A stretch of DNA of 64,000 bases from Rhodothermales bacterium (GCA_038232935.1 JBBSMX010000002.1:9231-73230); one strand, 5' to 3'. Counted from the stretch's first letter, positions 40,197 through 49,328 are shown. Made by a program: numbers and translations. Notes: generated by a model not told the origin, from the sequence alone.

Positions 40197-40230
40197 GCTC
40201 ATTCAAGCGCGGCCCCGCGGATTACGAATT
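40197..40230 (-). terminator. stem-loop terminator after the 336-aa regulator gene
   Basis: cgcggggccgcgct / agcgcggccccgcg form a 14-bp perfect stem with a 6-nt loop, 27 nt past the stop. The U tract is weak (cguauucaacuu). Confidence 0.5.
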
Positions 40231-40256
40231 CGGGTGAAAGCGGGTAGTCGTTCCGG

Positions 40257-41267
40257 CTACCCGTTGATATTGCGGTGGATTGCCTGCCGGGTCAGCCCGA
40301 TACGCTCGCCGAGTTGCGACCGGTTGTCGATGCCGGGGATGCCCACGAAGCCGTTGACGAGGCTGGTGAGGTACTCCTGCCGCAGCTTCGTAATCGGCAC
40401 CGGCCCCAGAATCTTAGCGATGTCGAGCCCTTCCAGCTCGGTCTGGCAGGCGTGCATGTCGCGCTCGAGCACCTCACGGATCGAGTTCCACACGGGCACT
40501 TTCGAGAAGACCATGCGGGCTTGCTCGTAGTACTCGAGAGCGAGGCCGTAAAACTGGAACTCGCGGTGGTACACCCCTGCGAGGGCGTGCAGGACGAGCC
40601 CTTGCTCGCCGACGAGCTTATTGCGGCACGCCAGTTCGTAGGCCTTCTGCAGATCCTCTTCCCCCTCGGCGCGACGCGCCGAGCGGATCAGGACCACGCC
40701 TTTACCGAGGAGCGCTTTCGGGATGTACTCAACGTATCCGTTCCTCCGGCTCAGGTTGTACACCCGGTTATACGCCTCGATGGCTTCCTCCGTGTCGTTC
40801 GCCCCAGCGGAGGCGTCGGCCCGCTGTAGCAGCGCCGCGATCTCCCACGACCGGACGCCAAGGCGACGCGCTTCCTCCCTCACCCGGTCGAAGTACTGCT
40901 CCGCCGCGACGTCGGAGTGGAGCCGGTGCTGCATGAGCCACCCGAGCCGGTAGTCCAACACGACGGTCTGGTACGCGTCGTGCGGCTCGATGAAGGCAAG
41001 TTCCGTCTTGACGCGCTCGATGGGCGCATCACGCAGGCACCGCACCGCCTGAAGTTGGACGTGCGTCCGTCCGACGGCGTCGAGGTTGCCCTCCTTGAGC
41101 AGTTCGTTAAACTCGAGGAACGCATCGTACACCCGCGCTTCCTCGACCGAGCGGAGGGCGTGCTTCCATCGGTCCTGGTGGGCTTCCGAGAGGCAGAGAG
41201 CGAGATGCTCTCCGGCCAGCTCGATGTGCTCGCGCTCGTGCGCCGGGACCATGGGGATTGAGGGCAT
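40257..41267 (-). CDS. helical-repeat (TPR-like) protein with C-terminal Fis-type HTH
   Basis: 336 aa, all-helical repeat-like body. The last 25 aa, NRSQLGERIGLTRQAIHRNING, resemble HTH_8/Fis. No receiver or AAA+ domain seen. Confidence 0.5.
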   Translation of the reverse strand: MPSIPMVPAHEREHIELAGEHLALCLSEAHQDRWKHALRSVEEARVYDAFLEFNELLKEGNLDAVGRTHVQLQAVRCLRDAPIERVKTELAFIEPHDAYQTVVLDYRLGWLMQHRLHSDVAAEQYFDRVREEARRLGVRSWEIAALLQRADASAGANDTEEAIEAYNRVYNLSRRNGYVEYIPKALLGKGVVLIRSARRAEGEEDLQKAYELACRNKLVGEQGLVLHALAGVYHREFQFYGLALEYYEQARMVFSKVPVWNSIREVLERDMHACQTELEGLDIAKILGPVPITKLRQEYLTSLVNGFVGIPGIDNRSQLGERIGLTRQAIHRNING

Positions 41268-41441
41268 AACAGTAGGCTCGCTTGGGTATGGTCAACAAGC
41301 AGCCTCAGACGTGCGGCGGGTGCGCGTTTTTTTGTGTCGCGCCACGTAGGAGGGTGTAGTCTGACTATCGGACTCGTCCCCCAGCCTCTTAAGTCACGCG
41401 ATGGAAATTCTCTGCGACGCGTGGCTCCCCTACAGCCGCCC

Positions 41442-41765
41442 CTATACCCCATCTCCCGTAAGGCCGTCGCGACGGGCAATTTCGCTCAGCGCACTAAGCT
41501 GGCTTACCATATTCGCCAACCGCTGGCTCGCTTCTTCGATGTCCTCGATCGGTTTGACGATGTCCGGGTCGAGGTCCAGCGCCTGCGAGAGCTCCAGTAG
41601 GAATTGGGCGTTCCCGGATATGATGGCGAGCGGGTTATTGATGTCGTGCGTGACGCGGTTGAGCGCCACCTGAATATCTGCGTTCTGGCCATCGTCGCCG
41701 GCAGAAGAGCCGTTCGGATCAGGCCTGGTCGAACGATCGTTCAGGTGCGGAATCAATTCAGCCAT
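41442..41765 (-). CDS. stand-alone HisKA/DHp (phosphoacceptor) domain protein
   Basis: H-box VTHDINNPLAIISGNAQFLLEL followed by a second helix (IEDIEEASQRLANMVSQLSAL). The protein ends there with no N/G1/G2 ATPase boxes. ATG 41765 preferred because a sigma-54-like promoter lies inside the longer GTG-41804 ORF. Confidence 0.55.
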   Translation of the reverse strand: MAELIPHLNDRSTRPDPNGSSAGDDGQNADIQVALNRVTHDINNPLAIISGNAQFLLELSQALDLDPDIVKPIEDIEEASQRLANMVSQLSALSEIARRDGLTGDGV

Positions 41766-41787
41766 CAGGCAGGAGTCGGAAGATGTG

Positions 41788-41803
41788 AGCGAGAACAGTG
41801 CCA
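41788..41803 (-). promoter_or_regulatory. sigma-54 (-24/-12)-like promoter
   Basis: The minus strand reads TGGCAC-tgttc-TCGCT (consensus TGGCAC-N5-TTGCW) with correct GG/GC spacing. It ends 22 nt upstream of ATG 41765. Confidence 0.35.
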
Positions 41804-42213
41804 CGTGCCGGGATGCTGTGGTGTGTGGCGACGCTCATATGGTGTGGTGGGGGGATGAATGTAAGCGGTTGCAGACTGTTTGCAAAATTTCGATGGCCGC
41901 GAGCTAATGACATCGACTTAGACAGATATGCTCTCTGTAGAAGAATGCCATTGGACCTGTGCTCATACTGGACGTCGAAACGCGTAGGGCCTGATGTCCC
42001 CGAGTTCGCAGCGGTTCAGCGTACGCAAGCAATCTCGTTACCGAACTACCCTCTCCTCCCTTCGGACAGGAAGATTCGAACGATCCGATTCGATCAGCGT
42101 GTCCAGGGCGGTTACGGGCCGCATTACTTAAAGGCGTCGTCAAAGGCTATGCCAGCCCGTTAAGTTTCGGTCGCGTGGTGTGTAGCTCACACCTACACGC
42201 TTAGATGTGAATA

Positions 42214-43068
42214 CTACGCATTCCGTAATGCAGGGGCCTCGTCGACGGCTCGGAAGCCTCGTTCTCCCTGCTCGATGTGCGCCGTGGCCGTCTCCGTGTC
42301 GTGCTCGAAAAAGATCGTCCAGCCCTCACGCACCGCCCGCTCCAGAATGGGCTCTTTCTCTGCGAGGGTATCGAGCGGAGCCACGTCGTAGGCCATGATC
42401 CACAAGAGCGGGACGTGCGCGGCGGTGGGTAGCAGATCGGCCGCATACAGGAGGGTGTGCTCATCGTCGCTGATCTTGAGCAGCTGCTGTCCCCGCGTGT
42501 GCCCGTTCACGACGAGCGCTTCCACCCCGGGGAGCATGGGGCCCGGCCCCTCCACGAGCCGGAGCTGGCCCGAGGCCTCCAATGGGTCCAAGTTTTCGCG
42601 GAGGAATGACGCCCCTTCCCGCGGGCTCGTGTGCGCCCAGTCCCAGTGGGCACGCTGGACGTGGAACGTCGCATTCGGAAACGCGACGCGCAGCGTGCCG
42701 TCCGCACCTCGGACCGTCGAGCCGCCGCAGTGGTCGAAGTGAAGATGGGTGAGGATGACGTCCGTGACCTCGTCCGCGCCGAAGCCGGCTGCTCGGAGCG
42801 AGCGGTGCAACTCCGCCGACTCCACATCGACGGCGTAGATGTCCGCGAACTTCGCGTCGACTTTGTCTCCCAGCCCGTTGTCGATGAGCACGAGCCGGCT
42901 ATCGCCTTCGAGCAGCAGGCACCGCATGGCGAGGGGGATACGGTTGCGCCCGTCGGACGCGATGCGGCGTTCCCACAACGGCTTGGGGATAATCCCGAAC
43001 ATCGCTCCACCGTCGAGGCTGAGTCGGCCGGCGTGAATCTCGTGCAGCGTATAGGGGCCGATCTTCAT
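42214..43068 (-). CDS. MBL-fold metallo-hydrolase
   Basis: ATG 43068. THLHFDHCGG (HxHxDH) motif, further His/Asp ligand regions. Confidence 0.8.
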   Translation of the reverse strand: MKIGPYTLHEIHAGRLSLDGGAMFGIIPKPLWERRIASDGRNRIPLAMRCLLLEGDSRLVLIDNGLGDKVDAKFADIYAVDVESAELHRSLRAAGFGADEVTDVILTHLHFDHCGGSTVRGADGTLRVAFPNATFHVQRAHWDWAHTSPREGASFLRENLDPLEASGQLRLVEGPGPMLPGVEALVVNGHTRGQQLLKISDDEHTLLYAADLLPTAAHVPLLWIMAYDVAPLDTLAEKEPILERAVREGWTIFFEHDTETATAHIEQGERGFRAVDEAPALRNA

Positions 43069-43100
43069 GGGCGGATGGGCGGATGGGCGGATGGGCGGAT
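43069..43100. repeat. 8-bp tandem repeat x4 abutting the MBL start codon
   Basis: gggcggat gggcggat gggcggat gggcggat, then a partial gatggg. On the coding strand this is (atccgccc)x4 immediately followed by ATG. Confidence 0.75.
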
Positions 43101-43183
43101 GATGGGAAAGATAGTCGTCGCCGACTTGCAGCACCGAGCGCAGAGGTCTCGGTAACTTTTTCGGTATTGCTTGCCCCCACACC

Positions 43184-43822
43184 CTACTCCTCGCCCTCTC
43201 CGTTGAAGTGCCCATTCGACTGCACCTTGCGACGGCGCTCGCGGGCTTCGCGGACTTCGGGGATGAGCTGTTCCAGATAGGCCGCGAGGTACCGCAGGCG
43301 CTCCTCCTCCGTCGATAGCTCCAGCACCTCCTGTTTGCGGACGAGGTCGAGCCCCGCGTTCTGCGCCACCACGAACGAGATCCGCTTCGGCCCCTCGTAG
43401 ATCGCCGGCCGGAGGGTTTCGCCGGCCAACTCCAGCAGCTTCATGTGGAGGGTGATGACGCGCTCGCGCGCGGTCCGGTCCACGATGCCTTCCATCGGCT
43501 CATAGGACGCCACCTGCGCTGTCAGGTAGAGCCGTTCCCGCATGACTTCCTCGATGCGGAAGCGCTCCTCCCCGACCACCACGATGTCCATCCGTCCGTC
43601 TTCGTAGCGCTGGAGCACGCGCTCGATCCGCGCCGTGCAGCCGACCCGGGCCAGCTCCTCCTCCTGCATCCACACAATGCCAAACGGGTCGTCGGTCTCA
43701 AGGCAGTAGCGCACCATCTCCCGGTAGCGCTCTTCGAAAATGTGCAGCGGGACCGATTCGCCGGGGTAGAGCACGAGTCCGAGGGGGAAGAGAGGTAGCG
43801 CGTCGGAGGCGGGGATGGACAT
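43184..43822 (-). CDS. LON N-terminal (substrate-binding) domain protein
   Basis: ATG 43822. LPLFPLGLVLYPGESVPLHIFEERYREMV is the LON_substr_bdg signature. 212 aa with no AAA+ or protease part. Confidence 0.75.
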   Translation of the reverse strand: MSIPASDALPLFPLGLVLYPGESVPLHIFEERYREMVRYCLETDDPFGIVWMQEEELARVGCTARIERVLQRYEDGRMDIVVVGEERFRIEEVMRERLYLTAQVASYEPMEGIVDRTARERVITLHMKLLELAGETLRPAIYEGPKRISFVVAQNAGLDLVRKQEVLELSTEEERLRYLAAYLEQLIPEVREARERRRKVQSNGHFNGEGEE

Positions 43823-44045
43823 GGCTCGGAAAGACAGTGAGGACAGGCAATCAAGAACGCCGCACCGGTGCTGAAGTGCCCCATTCGAAGCAGGAGCGAC
43901 GCGAGGGATGAGTCCGAACGAAAACATACGAGTTCCCACATCTCCTCCATCTTTTCTTCTGCCCCCCCTCGCCACTTCCGCCCTTCCGTTCACTCGCTCG
44001 CGGCGGCTATCTTTACGCACTACCTCCTCCTGGTCCTCCGCCTAC

Positions 44046-45404
44046 ATGCTTCGTCTCCCGGCCTTTCTGCTCCTCGCCCTCCTCCCCGCCGCGGCGAGTG
44101 CGCAGCCCTACGGGACGAGCCCGTTCGACTTCGGCTCTGCGGATAGCCCGCTGGAGGTACTCCCGCGCACGGTGCAAACGACGGCCCTGCATCTCGACGC
44201 ATTTGGAGGCCCCTCGTACATCGGCGTGCGATGGCGGACCGGGTTCGGGATCGAGGCAGAAGCCGCCTCAGGGCAGTTTGCCCTCGGGCTGAGTGGCCGC
44301 CTGCGCGTGGGCGATAGCGGCATCTACGATCCGGATACCGACGAGACGTACGACCTCGCCCGGCTCGTGCGCTACGCCCGCTTCAACCCGACGCCGAGCC
44401 TCCCGGTCTACGCGCGCGTCGGCCCGCTCTCGAACGTCACGCTCGGCTCCGGTCACCTCGTGCATTCCTTCCAGACCATAACGGCGTGGAACGAACGGAC
44501 GGTCGGGGCCGAGGTGGCCGTGCAGCTCCCGTTCGTCCGCCTCGCCGGCTTCACGGACGACGTGCGGCTCGACGGACTCGTCGGCGGGCGGGCCGTCATC
44601 GCGCCTCTCCGGGGAGTGGCAACCCCGAGGTTGCGCTCCCTTGAAATCGCCGCGTCCGCCCTCACCGACCTCGCCCTTCCTTCCGACCTCACGACGACAG
44701 CTTTCAACCTCGATGCGCGATTCGCCCTCCTGCGCCTCGGCGACTTCGCCCTCACGCCGTTCGCCAGCTACGCCCGGTTTACCGAGTACGGCGAAGGCTT
44801 CGGCGTCGGGGCCGAATTCGCCAGCGGGGAATTGGTCGGGCTCGGCCGCGCCGGCGTCACGCTCGCGCTCTTCCAGAGCGGAGAGCAGTTCATCCCCGGC
44901 TACTTCAACGCCTTCTACTCCGTCAGCAACCCGGAGGCGCGGATCTGGGATGCGAACGCCTACTACCGCGACCGCACGACCGACCTGACGGCGGGGACTC
45001 CGCTGGCAGCCGCTCAAGGGGGAACCTCGGTCTACCTCGGCCTCCGCGCCCTCGTCTTCGGAGCCTTCGAGCTCGCCACGTACGTCCGCCGCGACTACAG
45101 CGGCGACCCGTTGAGCGAGGCCGGTCTCCGCCTCATCCTTTCGCCCGGCGGTGGCGACCCGTTCCGGCTGATCTTCGACGTTCAGCGACAGGGCCGCACT
45201 TCGTTCTGGTCGCTCTTCGGCGACTTCCGCGATCAGAACACCCTCACCTTCCACCTCGACTACACCCTCACCGGCCCGGCCCGTCTCTTCATCCGCTCGC
45301 GCTACGGCTACACCCGCGTCGCCGACGGCCCCGATGGGATGGAGCGCTACCTCGTCGAGCGCCGCTTCGAGCCGTTCGTCGGCGTACGTCTTTTCTTTCC
45401 GTAG
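44046..45404 (+). CDS. hypothetical outer-membrane/secreted protein
   Basis: ATG 44046 gives MLRLPAFLLLALLPAAASAQ. beta-rich alternating pattern and an aromatic C-terminus (...GVRLFFP). Confidence 0.45.
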   Translation: MLRLPAFLLLALLPAAASAQPYGTSPFDFGSADSPLEVLPRTVQTTALHLDAFGGPSYIGVRWRTGFGIEAEAASGQFALGLSGRLRVGDSGIYDPDTDETYDLARLVRYARFNPTPSLPVYARVGPLSNVTLGSGHLVHSFQTITAWNERTVGAEVAVQLPFVRLAGFTDDVRLDGLVGGRAVIAPLRGVATPRLRSLEIAASALTDLALPSDLTTTAFNLDARFALLRLGDFALTPFASYARFTEYGEGFGVGAEFASGELVGLGRAGVTLALFQSGEQFIPGYFNAFYSVSNPEARIWDANAYYRDRTTDLTAGTPLAAAQGGTSVYLGLRALVFGAFELATYVRRDYSGDPLSEAGLRLILSPGGGDPFRLIFDVQRQGRTSFWSLFGDFRDQNTLTFHLDYTLTGPARLFIRSRYGYTRVADGPDGMERYLVERRFEPFVGVRLFFP

Positions 45405-45408
45405 CGCA

Positions 45409-48400
45409 TCACGCCCGCGCTGGGCGCTCCACTTCCACCATCGGCCTCGTCCCGAGGACGCTTTCCAGCAAGAGCAGCAATCGCCGTCCGGTGAAGGGCT
45501 TCCCGATGTGGTCGGTGTAGCCGGCCCTGATGAACCGCTCGCGGTCACCGGGCATTGCAAACCCCGTCACGGCGACGGCTGGCGTCTCGGCATAATCGGG
45601 TAGGACGCGGAGGGCGTCGAGCATGGGTTGACCGGATGGCAAGGGCTTGAGGTGACCGTCGATGAGGAAGCCGTCATACGTTGTCCGCTGCGCCGCCGCT
45701 AATCCCTCTTCGGCTCCCACCACCGCATCGATTCGGCACTGCGGTTCGAGCACGTGTCGGAGCCGGGCCTGGGGCCGGTCGGGGTCCTCGATGAGCAGCA
45801 GGCGGGTATCCTCCGGCAACGACGGCAGTGCGTCCTTCTCGCCGTCGGAGGTAGCGTATTCATGCCGGTCGTAACGTGGGAGGGTGACACGGAACGTGGT
45901 CCCGCCCCCCACCCGGCTCTCGACGTTGATCTCGCCTCCGAGTTCGTGCACGATTCGCCGGATAATGGCGAGCCCCAGCCCCGTTCCTTCGTGGGTTCGC
46001 CCATAGCCGGTGGACTCCTGCTGGAATTCCTCGAAGAGCTCGGGGAGGAACTCGTCGTGGATACCGATCCCGGTGTCGCGCACGATGAGGTATACCTCCT
46101 CTTCCCCCGCATCGATGAGAACGGTGATCCCGCCCTCTTGCGTGAACTTGATGGCGTTGCCGACGAGGTTGACGAGAATCCGTTCGAGGCAGGACCGGTC
46201 CATCCGCGCCGGTAGCGCACTCGTCTCGGGGAGCACTTTCAGGAACAGACCTTTTTCGTTCGCGAGCGGCTCCAGCGCACGCACGATCTCCCGCGCGTCC
46301 TCGATCACGTCGAGATCGACCGGCTGGATGTCGATCAAGTCCGCCTGGAGCCGGGCCATGTCGAGGAGCCCGTTGACTGTCTCAAGCAACCGTTCCCCGC
46401 CCCGCTGAATCATCGCAGCGAAACTTCGTAGCTCACCTTCCAACTCCTCCTGCAAGACGGCGGCAAAGCCGAGAATAGCCGTAAGCGGCGTACGAAGTTC
46501 GTGCGAGGTGTTGGCGAGGAAGTCGTCTTTCAGCTTATCGGCCTGGTGGAGGCGCTCGTTGGCCTCGCGTAGCCGGGCGTTCGCCGTATCGAGCCGCCGG
46601 TTCACGGCCTGCTCGTGCGCCAGCATCCGGCGATGCTCGCGGAGACGGAAATCGCTGTACCCCCACACGATGCCGATGGCTATGAGCAGGTACAGACTGT
46701 AAGCCCACCACGTCAGGTACCACGGCGGCAGCACCTCGAACGTGTAGACGCCTTCCTGGCTTATGACCCCCTGAGCGTTCCGAGCGCGGACGTGGAAGCG
46801 GTAGTCTTGGTGCGGAAGGTTCGTGTACTCCTTCCTCGTGTCCGTCGTCCACCGCGACCAACCCTCGTCGAAGCCTTCGAGCCAGACCTGATACTCGGTC
46901 TTCTCCGGCGCGTTGAAGCTCGAGGCGCTGAAGGTGAAGTGCAGGTTGTTGCTCTCGTGGGCGATCTCCGGCGCTTCGTAGCCGGGACTCGCAACCCCGC
47001 CGAAGACGAGGCTGTCCTGTCCGGCAGCGACGCGGCGGACGAGGGCCGGGTACGGCACCGCGTAGTCCTTCTCGACCGACGGGTCGTAGCGCAGCAGCCC
47101 CTGATTCCCGGCTACCCACCCAACCCCACTTTCCTCGACATACAGGAACTCATAGGAGACACCTTCGAGGTGCAGAATGGGCGGCGTCACGTCTTCGTAG
47201 CCGCCATCGGCCATGCGGGCGACGATATAGAGCCGGTCGTTTTTCACAAACCACAGCCGGTCCGGTTGATTTGTGTTGATGAGGAAGAATTCTTCTCCGT
47301 CCGGTTCCACGATATTGTTGATGGCGGCATCCGGCATGAAGCGAGCCTGCCCCTCGACCTTCTGTACACGGTAGACACCAGCCGGAGCAATAAACAGCGG
47401 CTTGTTGTCTCGCTTGTAAGTAAAGACAGCCCCGGCCGGCAACCCTTCTTGTTCCCCGTACTGCTCTGAGCGCAGGAGATGGCCTTTCTCTATCCAAATC
47501 CGCGTGACCCCATTGAACAGCGTGCCCAGCCAGAGGCTACCGTCCTCATCTTCCACGATAGAACGAACTTCGCCCACGTCGAGTCCGGTGGAGTGACTGG
47601 ATGCCTCCCATCGTCCACCCTGAAACGCCAGCAACGCCAGCCCTTCCTTCAACCCGACGTACAGCAGCGACGGGTTCTCCGCCGACTGCGTGAGGGCCAA
47701 GGACCGTCCCGGCAACACCAGTCGCGCTCGACCTCCGCTGATCTCATAGACCCCGTCGTTGGCTGCTGCTAGGAGCCGCCCCTTCGCCGCCAGCACGCTC
47801 CAGACCTGCTGCCTCAGATCGCCGACCGAGACGAACCGGGCGCGCCGGTCGAGGAGCCCGTCGCGTGGCTCGGCCGGCTGGAGTCGGAAGAGGCCCTGCG
47901 AGGTCGCGGCGTACAGGCTGCCGTCGAAGCGCTGGACATTGTAGACCGTCCCGGCGAGCCCGAGGTTCTGCCCGAAGGCGGTCAGCGGGGTCGGGGCGTC
48001 CACCCGCATCAGCCCGGTGTCGAGCGCAAGCCATAGGCCGCCCTGCCAGTCCGGATAGACGTAGAGCACATACTCGTCCGATTGCAGCCCCTCGTCTTCT
48101 CCGAGCACCCGCAGTACCCGCCCGTCCCGGTCCATAAGGACGACGGTTCCGCTAAAGGTGGTGAGCGCGTACGTGCTGTCGGAAAGGATCGCCCCGTGGT
48201 AGACACGCTCGCCACGCAAGTACGCATCAGCCTCCGTCGCGAAGGGTTCGATGCGCGCGCCGCGCTTGACGAGGAGCCCTTCGGTACGCGTCACGAGGAG
48301 CGCCGATCCCTCGCCGAACGGCAGCATCACGTCGATCCGTACGTCGGCAAAACGCTCGCCGCCCGGAGAAAGGACCAGTTGCTCGTCCTGCACCTCCAGC

Positions 48401-48963
48401 AACCCCATGCCGTCCTGCCGAACGTAGTAGGTGCCGTCCACGGCGAAGGCCTTATGGAAACGAGTCTTCGCCTTCCACACCCGCATCTCTTCGCCGTTCC
48501 ACCGGAAGATCCGCTCGAAGCTCTGGAAGTAGACCCCTTCGTCCGTCGCGTGCACCGTCCAGATGTCGGCGAAGGCCCGGTCGGCCTCGGGAAGGTGCGA
48601 AAGCAGGCTGTGGTATCCGATCCGCCCCATAGAGTCCGGAGCGAGAAACCCCATCTCCCCTATCCCCCCGACGTACACCTGCCCCGACGGATCGGCTGTA
48701 AGCGAGCGGGCGAACTGGGCGGGGAACGGAATGTTGCGCCACGTCCGCCCGTCATATTCGAGCAAGCCGGTCCAGTTGGCGACGTAGATGACCCCTCGGC
48801 CGTCCTGCACCACGGCCCAGTTTTGATCGTGCGCACCGTAGTCCTGAGCGGAAAACCGCTCCACGTAATACGGCCGCCCTTGTTCGGTGTGCAAGGACTG
48901 TCCGGCCGCTCCGATGGGGAGCAGTGCCAAGAATAAACAGAGGAGCCGGATACGACGGGTCAT
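45409..48963 (-). CDS. hybrid sensor histidine kinase with periplasmic two-component-regulator propeller/Y_Y_Y region and C-terminal receiver
   Basis: ATG 48963. Long beta-propeller-like N-half and one TM (WWAYSLYLLIAIGIVWGY). H-box SHELRTPLTAILGF, G-boxes DTGIGI / GTGLGLAI. Receiver with FLIDGHL...HIGKPF. Confidence 0.85.
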   Translation of the reverse strand: MTRRIRLLCLFLALLPIGAAGQSLHTEQGRPYYVERFSAQDYGAHDQNWAVVQDGRGVIYVANWTGLLEYDGRTWRNIPFPAQFARSLTADPSGQVYVGGIGEMGFLAPDSMGRIGYHSLLSHLPEADRAFADIWTVHATDEGVYFQSFERIFRWNGEEMRVWKAKTRFHKAFAVDGTYYVRQDGMGLLEVQDEQLVLSPGGERFADVRIDVMLPFGEGSALLVTRTEGLLVKRGARIEPFATEADAYLRGERVYHGAILSDSTYALTTFSGTVVLMDRDGRVLRVLGEDEGLQSDEYVLYVYPDWQGGLWLALDTGLMRVDAPTPLTAFGQNLGLAGTVYNVQRFDGSLYAATSQGLFRLQPAEPRDGLLDRRARFVSVGDLRQQVWSVLAAKGRLLAAANDGVYEISGGRARLVLPGRSLALTQSAENPSLLYVGLKEGLALLAFQGGRWEASSHSTGLDVGEVRSIVEDEDGSLWLGTLFNGVTRIWIEKGHLLRSEQYGEQEGLPAGAVFTYKRDNKPLFIAPAGVYRVQKVEGQARFMPDAAINNIVEPDGEEFFLINTNQPDRLWFVKNDRLYIVARMADGGYEDVTPPILHLEGVSYEFLYVEESGVGWVAGNQGLLRYDPSVEKDYAVPYPALVRRVAAGQDSLVFGGVASPGYEAPEIAHESNNLHFTFSASSFNAPEKTEYQVWLEGFDEGWSRWTTDTRKEYTNLPHQDYRFHVRARNAQGVISQEGVYTFEVLPPWYLTWWAYSLYLLIAIGIVWGYSDFRLREHRRMLAHEQAVNRRLDTANARLREANERLHQADKLKDDFLANTSHELRTPLTAILGFAAVLQEELEGELRSFAAMIQRGGERLLETVNGLLDMARLQADLIDIQPVDLDVIEDAREIVRALEPLANEKGLFLKVLPETSALPARMDRSCLERILVNLVGNAIKFTQEGGITVLIDAGEEEVYLIVRDTGIGIHDEFLPELFEEFQQESTGYGRTHEGTGLGLAIIRRIVHELGGEINVESRVGGGTTFRVTLPRYDRHEYATSDGEKDALPSLPEDTRLLLIEDPDRPQARLRHVLEPQCRIDAVVGAEEGLAAAQRTTYDGFLIDGHLKPLPSGQPMLDALRVLPDYAETPAVAVTGFAMPGDRERFIRAGYTDHIGKPFTGRRLLLLLESVLGTRPMVEVERPARA

Positions 48964-49118
48964 CGGCGGGAGATCAATCCACCCGCAGTATCGACTTCCC
49001 GATCCGCATTCTAAAGTCGTCTGCATGGCCGTGCTGCACGTTTCTCCAGGCTACCGGGCTCCTACGCTCCCGACGCTATGTCCACTACGTATAGTAACGC
49101 ACCCGTTACAAAAAGTAC

Positions 49119-49147
49119 TTGCACATTACATTATCTGTTACTATTAT
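49119..49147 (+). promoter_or_regulatory. sigma-70-like promoter (TTGCAC-N17-TATTAT)
   Basis: ttgcac (49119..49124), 17-nt spacer, tattat (49142..49147). Lies in a tract I hand-counted at 41% G+C (49081..49180), 34 nt upstream of ATG 49181. Confidence 0.35.
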
Positions 49148-49180
49148 AGAACATCCACCCACTAAACCCACCCGAATCCG

Positions 49181-49306
49181 ATGAAGCGTCTCTTTGCTAT
49201 CATTGCTCTCCTGCTCATGCTCGGTGCCCCGCTCGCCCACACGGCCGCGGCCGCAACAGGTGGCGGCCAGGGCCAAGGATGCCCGTCTGGTGACGTGCTC
49301 GACTGA
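49181..49306 (+). CDS. candidate 41-aa secreted peptide (not in ORF track, below length cut-off)
   Basis: MKRLFAIIALLLMLGAPLAHTAAAATGGGQGQGCPSGDVLD*. Clear n-h-c signal peptide, own promoter-like element upstream, and a strong terminator 22 nt downstream. Confidence 0.4.
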   Translation: MKRLFAIIALLLMLGAPLAHTAAAATGGGQGQGCPSGDVLD

Positions 49307-49328
49307 GCGATCCCTGCTTTAAGCATAA

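Noticed and set aside
42050-42110. tRNA or tRNA fragment suggested by ggaagattcgaacgatcc (TTCGAA T-loop-like)
   Set aside because: No 5-bp T-stem flanks the loop on either strand, and no acceptor or anticodon arms could be drawn.
43069-43100. CRISPR-like or coding repeat
   Set aside because: The units are 8 bp, contiguous and without spacers. The extended ORF through them (PSAH repeats) is an artefact upstream of the real ATG.
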